From the NCBI RefSeq assembly GCF_009914755.1, contig NC_060939.1: DNA of 64,000 nt; one strand, given 5' to 3'. How positions within the stretch are numbered: the stretch's first letter is position 1; each line of letters starts with the position of its first letter. Of the stretch, positions 12,401 through 26,523 are shown in pieces. Position numbers and translations under genes: made by a program. The notes under the pieces are model-generated. The model was not told where the DNA came from. It did not search any database and saw nothing but the letters and a program-made list of their open reading frames with translations. The stretch comes from the human T2T-CHM13v2.0 reference genome, Homo sapiens.

Positions 12401-15179
12401 ACAGAAATCCTTGAGATTAGTAGGACACCAATGTGTCAAGAAGAAAATACATTTCTTTTTTCAAAGACAGGCAGGCTAGACTTGAGTATTCCTCTGGGCT
12501 AACAAGAGGAAGAAGCTAGGAGATAAGGGAAGGTTGAAGCATTACAGGAAAGTGATGGACAAAGGTTCCTGAGTGATTTTAGAGCTCCTTCAGTTCTTTG
12601 CCAGTGAGTTGTCACGTTAGCAAATTCTTCAGGATTCTGATATGGACAGACAATTGTCATGGTGTCACGGTCCATGTGCTCGTCAATAAATGTGATGAAA
12701 GGGTATATGTATATGTATCTATACACATTTGAATAAATACATCATCCAGTATGTATGTGTGCATATATAATGTATTTATGTTTACAAAAAGCTATATATT
12801 ATAGCATATGTATGTATAATATTAAAATATTATTTATTTTCTTTTTCGCAACTATTACTCTTGAGTGAAGAGTATAAGAACATTCACACTGATTGTTTTC
12901 GCTAGGAAAGGGATCTGTGAAACATATCCATAAAATAATATCTGGCTAAGCCTGGGACCCACTAAAACTCTATGGTTCTCAAATGAAAGCTAATCTGAAT
13001 TGTTAATAATTCAGTTTATATATTTAGTGAAGTGTAATACCAACACAGGTAGCACTAGCTTCCTATTATGGACGTCTTCAGAGACAGCAAACATACCTCT
13101 AATAACATTGTAGTAAATTCAGATTTTATGATAAGAAATAGATTACAGTTTATCACATAAAATAAAGAATGGAATATACTGGGCTTTATTTAGCTAAAAT
13201 AATTAAAATCTAGAATTAAGTGTGTCTCATCTTTTTTCATATGGACAGAAAGTCAATCACAAGCGACTGGTATGAAGCATGGTGGAGGTAATTTGAGTTT
13301 CATTTCTGAATATCTCATCTGCTTCAAACAGCATTTATTAGATCAAAAAAGAACAGCGCCCCCCGTCACCACCCGTCCTTCCCCCAAAAAACTTTAACAT
13401 CTTAGATGAAAGCTTATTTTTCTTTTGGATCATACCTACCAATGCCCCAAAGTACTGCAATAAAATGAAAATAAAACAAACAGCATTGTCAGAAATAATC
13501 ACATAGCAGGCCAGCCCTCCCACTTCCATTCAACTCCTTCACAAAGAAGCCACAGTGCTTCACTGAACAGCCCTTAAATCTTTATTGTATTTTGCCTCTG
13601 GGGCTTGCTCATCACTGCAGGTCTAAAGTGTCTGTTATGGTCAGAAATAACTTTAAAAAAATATTGCACCACTGAGCCAATGAGTGGTTCAAATGGCTCC
13701 AAAATTGTAAACTTGTAAAATGCAAGGTAGAGTAAGCACTTCAGCATTTGGAATAAACTGACTGCTTCACTATGTCATTCTTGGCACTCTTGTTTTATGA
13801 AGACCAGAAATACTGAGTTGAAGCAAGAGTATCTATAAAACCCCCGAAGGTACTTGAGAATTTTCTTTCCTTCCTAGCCACAAAGATGAATAGCCGACTG
13901 GACTCTAGCTGGAAACTGTTCTTAGAATCTGCGGTTGCTCCCATTACAGAATGCTTTCTACAAGCCTGGGTAGCAAATGGCCTGGTAAAAATATTTTCAA
14001 CTGATATTCAGAAACCTGTGTTTTTAGATCTAACCACATGCATGAGGCTTTCTGATACAATTAAGACAATTCATTGAGTTCCTCCTGGCAATTATGAAAA
14101 GATTATTCATGATTTTAAATTTTCATATTACTGATGTTGTTGGGCCATTTGGTTATTGTCCTGTCATTAGATTAGTATCTAAGTGATGTAAATTTTGCTT
14201 TAAGAATGAGGTTGCAGAGAATGGAAGTAGATGGTTTTGTCTGCAGGTGAAATTTTTATTAAAATAATTTACACACATTTCAAGAGCAATGTACCTCTTC
14301 AAGTTCATTGGTCGTAATATTTGGAAGTTGTGATCAATCTAAATAAGGAAAAATGAATACTGAGAGCTTAGCATAACAAAGCAAAGGTTACCTTTCTTAA
14401 TTATTTAAATTAATTTTTATTACTTATGACATAGTTTTGACATATGCATTGATGATGGTGTTCATTAGCATTTAAAGTGACTCTGGCTGCTTATGTTTGA
14501 ACCAAACTAAGAAGTATTCTATATAAAATACATGTATGTATAAATGTTTTCTATGTGCATATGTACACATATATGTACATACATACAGATAAAGCAAGTG
14601 GGAGCACAGGTCTTGGGGTAGCATTACTTTGAACATTTTGCCTTTAGCCCACAGGGTCAAAACTTATTAGGAAGTATGTATTTGTCACCAAGGAAAATTT
14701 CTGGTAAATCTAGAAGCACAACACACTTCTAAATATACATGATTAAAATTAAGCTGCCATATATTGGGCATTTATGCAGGAAGATATGCTTGTACAATGC
14801 TGGGAGATTGCATAGGAGTTGGCAGGCAACTGTGTTATTATCCAATGCAGAAATCATGAAATCTATGCCTCCAGGGTTTAATGGCCAGGCCATGACACTG
14901 TGTTTACAGGATCAGATCCTAAAGTACAGCTTATACTACATTGGGCCAGTTTAATCTAGCTCTATAACTCCTCATACTCTTCTCTTTCTTTTAGACCCAA
15001 GAATGTGGCCCTTATGCCCGTGGAAGCTTTTAATTGCCTCTTTTGGAAACTAGTTTTGATTCTTCATAATCACGTCTGTTTGAGGACACAGACGATCAAT
15101 GTAAGGACATTCAGAACCTTCTAACTGTCAATACATTTTAATTGTTTTATGTTTTCTCCAACATCAAAATCATAAAGCT

Positions 15180-15320
15180 TCTTTAACAATGATTTATTCA
15201 GCGTATACTATATGTCAGGCATTGTGTTAGGAGGTTTAGAAAACATTATTTCATTTGATTGCTACGGTTTTGTGAAATGAACACAATTATCACCTCTTCC
15301 ATAGATGAGAAAAGTAAATT
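15180..15320 (-). mobile_element. MIR fragment
   Basis: atttattcagcgtatactatatgtcaggcattgtgttagg...atagatgagaaaag. Confidence 0.6.
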
Positions 15321-15419
15321 TAAATTTAAATACAAAGTAATGTAAACATTTTGTTTGAAATCTCAAGTTTTATACAATCAGGATTCAAAGCCAGAGTTTC
15401 CTACTTCCAAAACATATTC

Positions 15420-15950
15420 TTTTTAAAAAACATTTTAAACAATACACAGTCATGGTATTAGATGGTTTCAGATGAAAAATTACAAAGAGTATAGAAATTT
15501 TGTACATCATTTTCCCAGCTTCTCCTAAAGTTATTATTTCACATAAACATAGAACAATTATTGAAACAAAAGTAACCTTCATGCAAAACTGTTTATTAAT
15601 CTACAGGCCTTATTTAAATTTTGCCCATTTTCACACTAATATCCCTTTTCTAGATCATTAATTCAGGTTTTTACATTGCATTTAGTGTCACATTTCCTTA
15701 ATCTCCTCTCGTATGTGACACTTCCTCAATCTTCTTGTCTTTCAATACCTTGATTTTTTTTAAGGAGTACTGATGATTTGTTTTGTAACTTGTCCTTAAA
15801 ACTTCACCCATTTTCTAAACTATGACGTTCAGTTTGGGTTTGTCTGATATCGTCTCATGATTCGACTAAAGTTATACACGTTTGGCAAGACTATTTCATC
15901 AGTGATGTGTCCTTCTTAATGCATCTATCATTATATTGGGTATATTAATT
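15420..15950 (-). mobile_element. Old L1 (L1MC4/5-like) 3' UTR
   Basis: acattgcatttagtgtca, cttgtctttcaataccttga, ggagtactg, tttgggtttgtctgat...tttggcaaga motifs. Confidence 0.7.
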
Positions 15951-16161
15951 GATATGTATTGCAAAGCAGAAATTTATTTTCCTATATTATCTTTGTCTTT
16001 TAATTGTGTGATATGAACAAACTATAATACAGCATTAAGATCTGAGAAAGATTAAACAGTTCGAAATATGTCATATTATATCATTTAGTAGAAATCACAC
16101 TGGCTACTGACTAGCCATGATTAATTAGAATATGCCTAAATCCTTAACTGAATTAGCACTC

Positions 16162-16201
<40 letters not shown>

Positions 16202-16211
16202 CGTGTGTATG
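16162..16211. repeat. (TG)n/(CG)n compound microsatellite
   Basis: Alternating purine-pyrimidine run tgtg...gcgcgcgtgtgtgtgcgtgtgtatg. Confidence 0.95.
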
Positions 16212-16418
16212 CAGAAAAATGCTAGTAAATGTTTAATAATCAGCTCTCGGGGAAAGAAAAAGCCCTTATTTGGAGTGCTTGCCAATTTTGTGGTGTAAAT
16301 ACTCCCACCACGGCCCATTTCAATCTACCAACATTGTCAATGAACTCAGAGCTAGGAGGAAAGGAACACAAAATGAAGTCTCAGGAGCTGGTACAAGCCA
16401 GCCCCTAGCACGCCACTG
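16212..16418. mobile_element. MER63A-like hAT MITE
   Basis: gctagtaaatgtttaataatcagctctc...gtggtgtaaatactcccacc...tagcacgccactg matches recalled MER63. Confidence 0.75.
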
Positions 16419-16713
16419 AAATAATATATATTTATACACAGCATTTTCTGGACTCGAGGATGCAATTTATAGAACCAAGAGAAACAAACATAAAGACAAG
16501 ACAAACATTTTATAATACCCAAGAGTAGAATTACCTTAAAAGACAAATACAGAAATTCCTAGAGTGTCATAATTAAGAACGAAAGTGAAACTTAAAACGA
16601 AAAAATTTTCATTGCCTTAAGTCTTTAGAGAGTGAAGTTATTTGATTCCAAGTCTTAAAAACATGTAATTTTAAGCTTCCTAATTGCTAGGTGTTATTGA
16701 AAATAACTTTAAA

Positions 16714-17057
<344 letters not shown>

Positions 17058-17380
17058 TCATCCTGTGCCTTATCTCAATTAATATGGATAGCACGACATT
17101 TCCTTAACCCTTTATTCACTGGAACACCATTAGAGTGGAAACCAGTTTAACAATACGTATTTGCCTTCCTTACTGCTCATGTTACTAATGAGGTCACAGC
17201 TGATCATTGTAGTAACTGTTAGCAAGAGACTCATAAATGCCAATTTTAATGGAAAACTTTGTTTCGAACATATTCCGCAGTGCACATTCAGCCTAAAACA
17301 CTTTTTCACAATTTAAATTTCCGTATGCTGCTCCGTAAGGGAAAACACACACTCCCACATTGGAGAGCTGCTTTCAGCTG

Positions 17381-17426
17381 AAATATACTGTATATTTGAT
17401 TTACTAATCAAATATACAGTATATTT
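17381..17426. repeat. Perfect inverted repeat, 21-bp arms, 4-nt loop
   Basis: aaatatactgtatatttgatt-tact-aatcaaatatacagtatattt. Confidence 0.95.
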
Positions 17427-17578
17427 TAAAAACAACTTCCAGGTAGTATTATCATGTCATACCCTTCCTACACAGATCACAATATTCGTATAAAGAAATC
17501 AATTCTACATAAGACTATTGTTTTAAAAAATGTCATTATCTCAATGTTTATTTAAAAGTTACAATATTTTATGCATAC

Positions 17579-18034
17579 AGTAGTGGGCAGAATGACCTCC
17601 CAAGGATGTTCACGTTCTAACCCCCAAGATCTACATGGCAAAAAAAAGGGACTTTGTGGATTTAATTAGTTAAGGATCTTGAGGAAGGAGGATTATCCTG
17701 GATTATGCATGGACCCATTATAATCACAAGTGTCCTTATAAATTATAGTCGGGGGGTTTAGAGTCAGATAAAAGGATGTGATAGTGGAAGAAAAGGCTGG
17801 AGTGATTGGCCATGAACCAAAGAATGTAGGTGGCCTCTAGAAGCTAGCCTAGGTGGGGGCAGGGATTCTTCCTCAGAGCCTCCAAAGAAACACAGCTATT
17901 CCAACACCTTGATTTTAGCTCCTCCATAAGACCCATTGCAGACTTTGACCTCCTAAGTTGCAAGGTAATATATTTATTCTGTTTCAAGCCAAGTCTGTGG
18001 TAATTAGGTACAGCCTCAATCAGAAACCAGTATT
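17579..18034 (+). mobile_element. MLT1B/C-like solo LTR
   Basis: gggactttgtggatttaattagttaaggatcttgag...attatcctggattat; acaccttgattttagc; 3' end ggtacagcctcaatcagaaaccagta. Confidence 0.85.
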
Positions 18035-18370
18035 CCATAAAAACTACTTTTTAGGGGGTTAACTTTATTCCTCTTATGATTCATTTTAGCTTCGATCTTC
18101 CTCATCTTTCTCACCTTCCTCACTGAACACCTAAGATCATTCAGAATCAAAGATAAGCACAATATATTTATGGCCTTGGTGTTTAAAGTGGAGCTGAAGA
18201 TTACTGCAGGTATCTAAAATAAATATTTCATCTTCAAGTATATTAAAGTGTATTTTCAAAATATTTGCAACCATTATTTTAATGAGAGAGAAGCCCTTAG
18301 AAAAACTGAAGCCCTTTCATACGATGAAAAACTCTTTACGTCAAAAAGTGCAAGCATTTAAAATGTTTCT

Positions 18371-18762
18371 GGGTCAGGCATGGAAGCTCACACTTGTAAT
18401 TCCAGCACTTTGGGAGGTTGAGACAGGAGGACTGCTTGAGGCCACGAGTTTCATACCAGCCTGGGCAACACAGTGAAACCCCATCTCTAAAAAACAAAAC
18501 AAAACAAACAAAAAAAAATTAAAAAGCAAAACAAAAAAATGGTTTTAAAAACATTAAAAAGCAAAACTAAAAAATGGTTTTAAAAACATTAAAAAGCAAA
18601 ACTAAAAAAATTTAACCAGGTGTGGTGATGTATGCTTGTGGTCCCAGCTACTTAGGAGGCTGAGGTGGGAGGATCACTTGAGGCTGGGTGGTTGAGGCTG
18701 TAGTGAGCTGAGATTATACCACTGTACTCCAGCCTGGGCAACAGAGGGAGATCTTGTCTCAA
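18371..18762 (+). mobile_element. AluJ with expanded central linker and almost no A tail
   Basis: Left arm 18371-18488, linker 18489-18612 holding a 35-bp tandem repeat, right arm to 18760. Confidence 0.9.
18518..18610. repeat. 35-bp tandem repeat (~2.7 copies)
   Basis: Unit attaaaaagcaaaactaaaaaatggttttaaaaac; gc anchors at 18526, 18561, 18596. Confidence 0.9.
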
Positions 18763-20909
18763 GCTTTAAAAACTAACGTTTCTGCTCTGAAAAAATTATC
18801 TTACTACTTTGTGGTTTATTCACATGGATGCAGCCAGAGGTCATGCCATGTAGAAAAGAAGGTGCTTTGATGTACTGTTCCATTGCAAATCTCTTGGCTC
18901 ACACTATCTCTGTGAAACAGTAAAAATTAATGGAAAAATTACAACTCTAAAGTACTATAAGATTTTGAAGTGCCCTTTGGATTAAAGTTTAAATTCTCTC
19001 GTGATGTTGAATGTAGTTTTTCCAGTTTTAAATTCTTAGAAATTGGAAACCAGAAAGTAAAATTAATCAGAATATTCCTTTCTCTCTTCACGCCAGATCA
19101 AATAGAGTATGATAGAATATATTAAATTTTGTTTCTGTTTAAAGGATTAAAGCTTAATTTTCACTGTAGGTATTACATGTCTGGTCTAATATTTAGGTGA
19201 GCATGGTAGAGAGAACCATGAGCTAGGAATTGGATCTGGGTTCAAGGCCCCAATCAGTAGATGACCTTGAAAATCATTTAATATTCCCCAGTTTCATTCC
19301 ATTTCTAACATTACTTGCCCTAGCTACCTTGAAGAAAATAAGTGAAATATAATAATTTTAAAAATACGTTGTAGACTATAAATTGCTATTTGAAAGATAC
19401 AACTAAGGAAGGATTCTGAAATATCCCATAGAACACAGAATTATAATACATGAAAATAAAATGTCCCCAAAAAGGATTCTTTTATTCTCAGCTGGAATTA
19501 TACAAGCACATGCGTGTGTGTGTATCCCAGGCTGCTCATCACTGGCTAACAAATCTCACAAGACATACAGATTTCCACAATGACTATAGGTATTGAATTT
19601 TAGATAAATTACTTAAGCCTGTTATTAATATTTCAAGGTTAAGGAGTAATAAAGATTTGTTTATTTCATCGTTGACATCTAGAAATAAAAAAATAAGCAA
19701 AATTATTGTAAGCCTCTGAAGAGTTTGTTGTGCCTAGAGTTAAGGTTCAGGTTGATCTTTTTAATATTGCAACAACCTCACACACCATTAATCACTTAGA
19801 AGTGGCCCCAGGCCATGGTAAATGGATGGCCTAATAAATCAGACACAATGTTTGCTATTTCCAAATTATTGTCAATAAGCAGAGTGAGAAGGTGACAATT
19901 CAATAACTAATGCTTATAAACTGGACTTTTTGTTTTTTTAATTTTAATCAAGAACATGAGGAGGAAGGTGAACCAGCCTAAGACATATAATTATAGACAT
20001 GTGTACAAAGACAACAACAATTATGGTAAAAGATGTATTCGTTGAAAACATCCCACAATTATTATGCATGAATTTCCCTATGGTTAGAGATATTGCTTCT
20101 GGTTATCTTAACTGTGTGTATATAATAAAAAGTGGGATCCAAAGTCTTTTTCATGCTTATGGGTGAGAAAATAGTGAGGGGGGGCATATGGAGATCTGAA
20201 GATGAGGATTGAGCAAAATGGACTGCCATGGGGCAATGCACATGTGAAAATAGAAATGTTAATGAAATATAGGGAAATATAGTGAATGAAATATATGGAA
20301 AAATGTATGGAAAATAGTGGCGTTGGGGCAGGGAAGGCAAGAGGTTGAGATTAAAGGAGAAGGGGCTATAGTTAATGCAACCTAGTTGGGTAGTGAAAGA
20401 GAATATAAAACCAAGGCCCTTACAAAATAACCAGATGCAGAAAATATAGGAGTACTGTGGTTTGGCACCAGTCAATATACCAAGATGCAGAATGAACTGG
20501 AGAAAATTATAATGCAGTTTATCAGCAGGAAGGACGGTCTACATTCTTAGAAGCCTGGTCTCCTAGTGCTGTAGGTACTATAGGAAAAGCTGGGCAAAGA
20601 TGGGAGAACAAAATAAAATGAAAAGCGAACATTAGCATTGTCCCCTAAAACTTTCTGATACTCAAAAAAAAAAAAAACAAAACAAAAAATGAGGGCTTCT
20701 TATAAAATAGAGTGTTGACGAGTCTTGGGTAGGCTTGGGTAAGAATGGGCTGAGGAAGACAGAGAGAAAAGGGAACCACATGACAAGATAGAGATCATGG
20801 CAACTTTTTGATATTCTTAAACTTCTATCAGGACAGTAAGGTAAGATGGAATTTGTGACCTTACTGAGAACAAAATATATGAATTCAAACTTCAATTTTG
20901 ATCTTGGAG

Positions 20910-21365
20910 TGATTGGTATGGCTAGTTGAAAAAAGCTTTGGTTTTGGAGTGAAAAAAAAAACCACCCCAAAAAACCATGTTTAAATCCCAGCCCAATCAC
21001 ATATGAGCTAAGTAAGGTCCTTTACAACATGAGTTGTTAAAAGGCTAACATTTTTATTGGTTTCTTTATCTGTAAAAATGAGGATATTAATAGTTCCTAC
21101 CTCGGTGTTGTTGTGAGATGTAAAAGAGAAAAATCCATGTAAAAATCCTATTACTTACATTGGTGGTAATGCTAGCTACACCACTATTAATATTAACTAC
21201 AAAGATTTAAGAAAATCCTTGAATCTCTGCACACCTTACTTACCTAATCTATGAAATGCAAGTAATGATCATACATTTATGGTCTGGAGTGTAGGCTTGA
21301 ATGAGATCATGTATGCAAGATACCTGGCACACAATAGGCTTACAGTAAGTAGTAGCTGTTGTTAC
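20910..21365 (+). mobile_element. Two adjacent MIR fragments
   Basis: tttctttatctgtaaaaatgaggatattaatagttcctacctcggtgttgttgtgagatgtaaa; second core ending acctggcacacaataggc. Confidence 0.7.
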
Positions 21366-22052
21366 TTAAAAATGCACTGGTTTCAAAATAATCCAAGTTC
21401 CAATTTGTCCAGATGACAAAAACATATTTGGAGTGCTTGATATATATGTATGTGTATTTTAGTTTATCTACTCAGTACATTTTCATCAAGGGTAAGGGAT
21501 CCCACGTGGATTTATAGTAATACTTTTCTTAGGAAAAGCACTATCAAAATTCTGTTTATCAAAATCTATCAAATTAGCTTGAAACCTGCCTCCAATTTTC
21601 CAAATTTCATGCACTGCCTCTTTACCATTATCATGTCTTCTGCTAGTAACAAGACATAAGTAGTTGCCTCTGGGAAATACAGAGGTTTTTTTCCTTCCTT
21701 TTTTTCTTTTTGATACGGTAAGATTTGTTCTCTGAAAGAGAAGATGGTGAGACAACCAAATTACAGCAAGTTTTTTCAAAAAAACATTGCGTGATTTCCA
21801 TGAGTTTTTATTTCGTTTATATCACCACCATTCTTTTATATGCTAGACAGCTTCTAGCACCATGCTGGGTGCATAGAAACTATGAAGTAAGTAGTTACTC
21901 ATTTGGGTCCTTAGAAACAGAAGACTAAGTTTTCCTCACAATATTTCCTATTTAACTATAATCAAAGACCCATATCAACCATGTTTCTATAAACAGAGAT
22001 TTATAGTAGATGCTTAACTGGAAGCAATATTATTATAATTGATTTCCAGACT

Positions 22053-22054
<2 letters not shown>

Positions 22055-22090
<36 letters not shown>
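22055..22090. repeat. (AC)18 microsatellite
   Basis: Perfect dinucleotide run. Confidence 0.97.
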
Positions 22091-22092
<2 letters not shown>

Positions 22093-23835
22093 AAAACTTA
22101 AAATGGTTATAATTAGAGCACAATACAACCCAGTCTTCTTTATTGGGGATCCACATTGCTGTCATTATAAGTGTCGCTTTTCAGCACCATGTCCCTTACC
22201 AAACAGAGCTCATTTTGAAATGCCAGTTTTTGTGAAAAATTCTATCCATTTTCGACATGGTATTTGGACAAGAGAAGTTTTTCTCTTTGGGTTCATTTTC
22301 GGGTTGTTAGCCTAATCTAAAATAGAGCTTCTTTAAAAGTCTGCCCGAATGTTTAGTTAAAACAGAGAAGGAACAGCTGAGTGTTGAGTGGTAGTGTTAC
22401 ATTGAGTGAAGACACGACTGTAAATAACTCTGCAATTTGGAAATGAATGATGCTTTTGACAGAGACAATTATGTCTCTATTGACAACATTGATGTCAAAC
22501 GCCAAGTGAAAATATGAGATTGACTATCAGCAGTTTCCACCAGTTAAAGTAGCTTCACTGAGATAAAGGAACAAGAACAAATGCATTCCTCTCACTCCTC
22601 TACTCACACTCTTTTCATTCTCTCAGAGCTGGCTTAGTCCAGTTCCACTTTGGGGGAAAGGATCAAGTGTTCACACTTCATCAAAAGAAGATCAAATACT
22701 CTTAGCTGTTTCTTTTTAAGTTAATCATTTCCAGGCTATCATTAGTCACTTTTCCCACCTCAAAGAAGGGAAGCTGAAATACTCAAGAAAAGAAGTCGAG
22801 CCCTGAACTTCTATCAAAGTAATTACAATTTCCGAGTTAGACATGACGTATCTGAAATAAGGTCTTTGCCGTGAAAACCTCACACAGAGATCTTACCAGC
22901 CTTCAAAGTTGTTTTTCTTATAATTGCTAAATACTGGCTTATATTTCTGGGGTGGAGAATATTCTGCGTGGCAAGTTTTCCAGTTTGAAAAAACGTCCTA
23001 CATTGGAGAGCCTTGATGGAGAAATAATTTCTTCCATATATATCTCTCCATTTTAGTCAATTGTTGTATTACCGAGGCTCTTTGACTAGTATTTTTATTG
23101 TAAAGAAATTATGTTCCCTTTAATATGTACTAAAAGCACTTTCATTCTTTAATATTCATATTTAAATATGTAATGTAAACATTTATTAAAAGCAGGGTAC
23201 AGCATAAAAATTAGCAGACCATATTCACATTCTGGAGTCAGACAAATAATATGCTGTGTGTAAGATCTGGATTTGTGGAGGAATTCCTGAGGGCATAGAA
23301 TGTCAGTAGAGAAAACATTTGGCCTCCAAGTCTCAGGAGTTGCAATGGGACATCTGTCGGCGTAGAGCAGTGTTACATACACCATTGTGCTCATCTCGCC
23401 TTTCTTGCTGCTGTATGGCAGTGATGGGTCCTCCATGGGGGGCATTCTTCTTATTGTAATATGACTTTCCTATTTGGGGTAGAGAGATGGATAGGTGACG
23501 TGTTTTGTTTTGAAAAACAAATGGTGTGAGCTTTCTATAAAGGAATATGTGATTTTAACATGCAAAGAAAGCATCCGGTATATGATGCTAGAATTAAACT
23601 CTTTAAAGTAACTACCCCTCTGTGAAATATGTGTTTTTGAAGACTTAAAATTTAGTAAGGGACTGTGAGTTCACTGTTAGAATAACTTACATAAAGACAT
23701 GTCATAAAGTGAAAAATAAAATTCATTAAAAGGAAGAAACCCAATAAAGAACAATTTTTGTTAAAGAAAATAAGGTAATTTGTTAACTATATGACAATAT
23801 AGTTGTTATTTTATTTCATTGAAAAAGCTACTTTA

Positions 23836-24193
<358 letters not shown>

Positions 24194-25338
24194 TTAATCT
24201 CTTTCAGTTATGAGACTGATGGGGTATAGAAGACAGTTCTTAGTATAAGAGATTATTTAAAGGCTAACTTCTTATAGACCTTGTGTGTTTATTTTTATTT
24301 CTAAAGTTGTACCTGTTTGCTACATTTTGTATGAGTTACTAGTAAAGTAACAAATATTTTTGCCATAGACCTGTCTGATTATGCAAAAGCAGGAGATCTT
24401 TTCTTACTGTTGACTTTATAACTTTACCTCAGCTCCCTGGGCCTCAGCCTCCTTCTCTGCAAGATTATAGAACTGAACTAGCATACAGCCAGGGTCCTTC
24501 TGGCTCTAAAATTTTATCCATCTATCATCCTTAATCAGAGAATAATTTGATACATATTTCTATATGCTTTTTTGTTCTAAGCTATTGTTTTCATTAAGTA
24601 TTGTATCTATTTAATTTACTGTTTTAAAACCGCTAGTAAAGCCTCCTTTTTTACCAAAGCGTTTAAAAATATTGTCTCCGGGATTTGTTTCTTTTTCCAT
24701 TAAATTTAGATAACTTTGTTCATTTTCATAAAGTTCTAGAAAATTTCATGTATGTCTTCTGTGTTCACGTTTTCTATGAACATCTTCATTGCACTTCAGT
24801 AGGTCAGAGTAATAAGAGGTTTTCTGTTTATCCAGATTTATAAAATGAGCGTATTAAAAGGCCTTGACTTGTATTTCTCTATCGTCTCTTCTCTACTGTT
24901 TCAAGAATACTAGAGAACACACATAATGTGAATCAGCACTGTTTTAGCAGTAATATATATTACTAAATGGAGGATACGTTTTTTGTCCTCATGGAGCCTA
25001 CTATATAGAGGGGAAAATGCGTATTAACAAATGAACGCACAAATATATTTATCAGTGCATTAAGAATGAAAAGACGATACTAAACAATGTCCCAATGGAA
25101 ATGATGTATGTAACAGAACTGAGAAACGCCTATTTTAGAAGGTGGCCTTAAGCAAATTTTTGAAGAAAGAGTAGGAGTTGGCCAGGAGAAGGGCTCACAG
25201 AGGGTGTATTGTACTCGGGGGGGCAGAAAGTACAAAGACCTTGAACCTGTAAATTGTTGGTACTTTCAAAGTGGCTAGAGTGTAATAACGTGAGACGAGT
25301 TGGGAGTGGTTCTTATAGAAATCTTGTATTTTATTTTA

Positions 25339-25477
25339 AGGGTAGCATGACCATGTAATTTATTGTCAAAAACAGGACACTTTGGAGAACTAAAGTGGAC
25401 GTTGGTGATAATTAAGCTGCAGCAATAGGTGTAAACCAGGACTTGCCCGAAGAAAACCAGTACAAATTGTTACCTAC
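25339..25477. mobile_element. MER94-like hAT-Blackjack MITE
   Basis: tgaccatgtaatttattgtcaaaaacaggacactttggaga...taggtgtaaaccaggact. Confidence 0.7.
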
Positions 25478-26114
25478 TTAAATCATATCTGAAGATAATT
25501 AAATCCTTGAATAAGGAGAGTCATAAAATTCGATTAATGGTTTTGAAATATTACACCAAGTACTGTGTGCAGAGTGGTTTATAAGAGAACAACAATGGAA
25601 ACAGACGCTTGCCCGGGTCTAGATGAGGAATAAGATGAAAAACAAAAAAAAGAGGCAGATTTGAAATTCAGTTTAGATGTAGAATTGCTAGAACTTGGTG
25701 ATGGATTGGATGGAGGTAGGAAGAAGAAATGATTTTCAAAATGATTCCCAGGTTTCTATTTGTAGAACTGCCTGAATGGACATGCCATTTATTAATATTT
25801 GGAAAATTAAAGAAACAGGTTTGGGGCAGGATTGGTGAAAGGCCAAGAGATTAGTTTGGGGATCCTAAATATGAGATGCCTGACAAGCTTCCAAATGGAG
25901 ATGTCATGAAGAAAGCTAAGTTTCATCTTGAATAGCAATCTCTGTGGTTGATAAAAGTTTAAAGGTTGTAAACATTTATATGCCATTTAAATCAAGAAAA
26001 TGTCTGAAATTACTGAGAAGGAATATTAAAGTGATTTTTTAAAAGTTGGCCCAGGTCTGAGTCTTAAGGAGCACAAAAATTAACTGATGGGTTAAAAAGG
26101 AAGAAACGGCAAAG

Positions 26115-26350
26115 TCTTTTGGGCCATTATAGGGAAGAATTCTATATACTTCTCAGAAGGCCACAAAGGAACTAATCTCTTTATTCCTCTTGACTAACAT
26201 GTTGACCTTCATAACACACTTTTATTCCTTCATCCTCCTTGCCTATCTCACTCTCTGAAGTCCCTAACACCTGTCCCCTTGAGTCACCTCTTACATCAAC
26301 TACTTGCACACAAATCTTCATCTCAGGCTCTACTTTGGGCCTGAGAGAGA
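26115..26350 (+). mobile_element. LTR16-like ERVL LTR 3' fragment
   Basis: gagtcacctcttacatcaactacttgcacacaaatcttcatctcaggctctactttggg. Confidence 0.5.
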
Positions 26351-26523
26351 AGAAACAAGGGAATAGAAATACGACCAGGAGAGTGTGTTATTGCAGAAGT
26401 AAAGAGGTTATGTCCAGAAGGAAGGAGTGGGAAAAAAACTTTTGAATGCTGCTGAGAGGTTAAGACAAGAACTGGTTTGGTGATGTAGAAATCATTGGCA
26501 ATACCCATTAGAATAGTGAGTGT

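Noticed and set aside
18518-18610. CRISPR-like periodicity
   Set aside because: Head-to-tail tandem repeat without unique spacers, inside an Alu in primate DNA
20062-20475. 137-aa ORF with a repeated FPYIS motif
   Set aside because: Arises from a purine-skewed decayed tract with a short local duplication at 20261-20320
23149-23445. 98-aa ATG-initiated minus-strand ORF in unique DNA
   Set aside because: No recognisable domain, promoter or splice context; length within chance expectation for 64 kb
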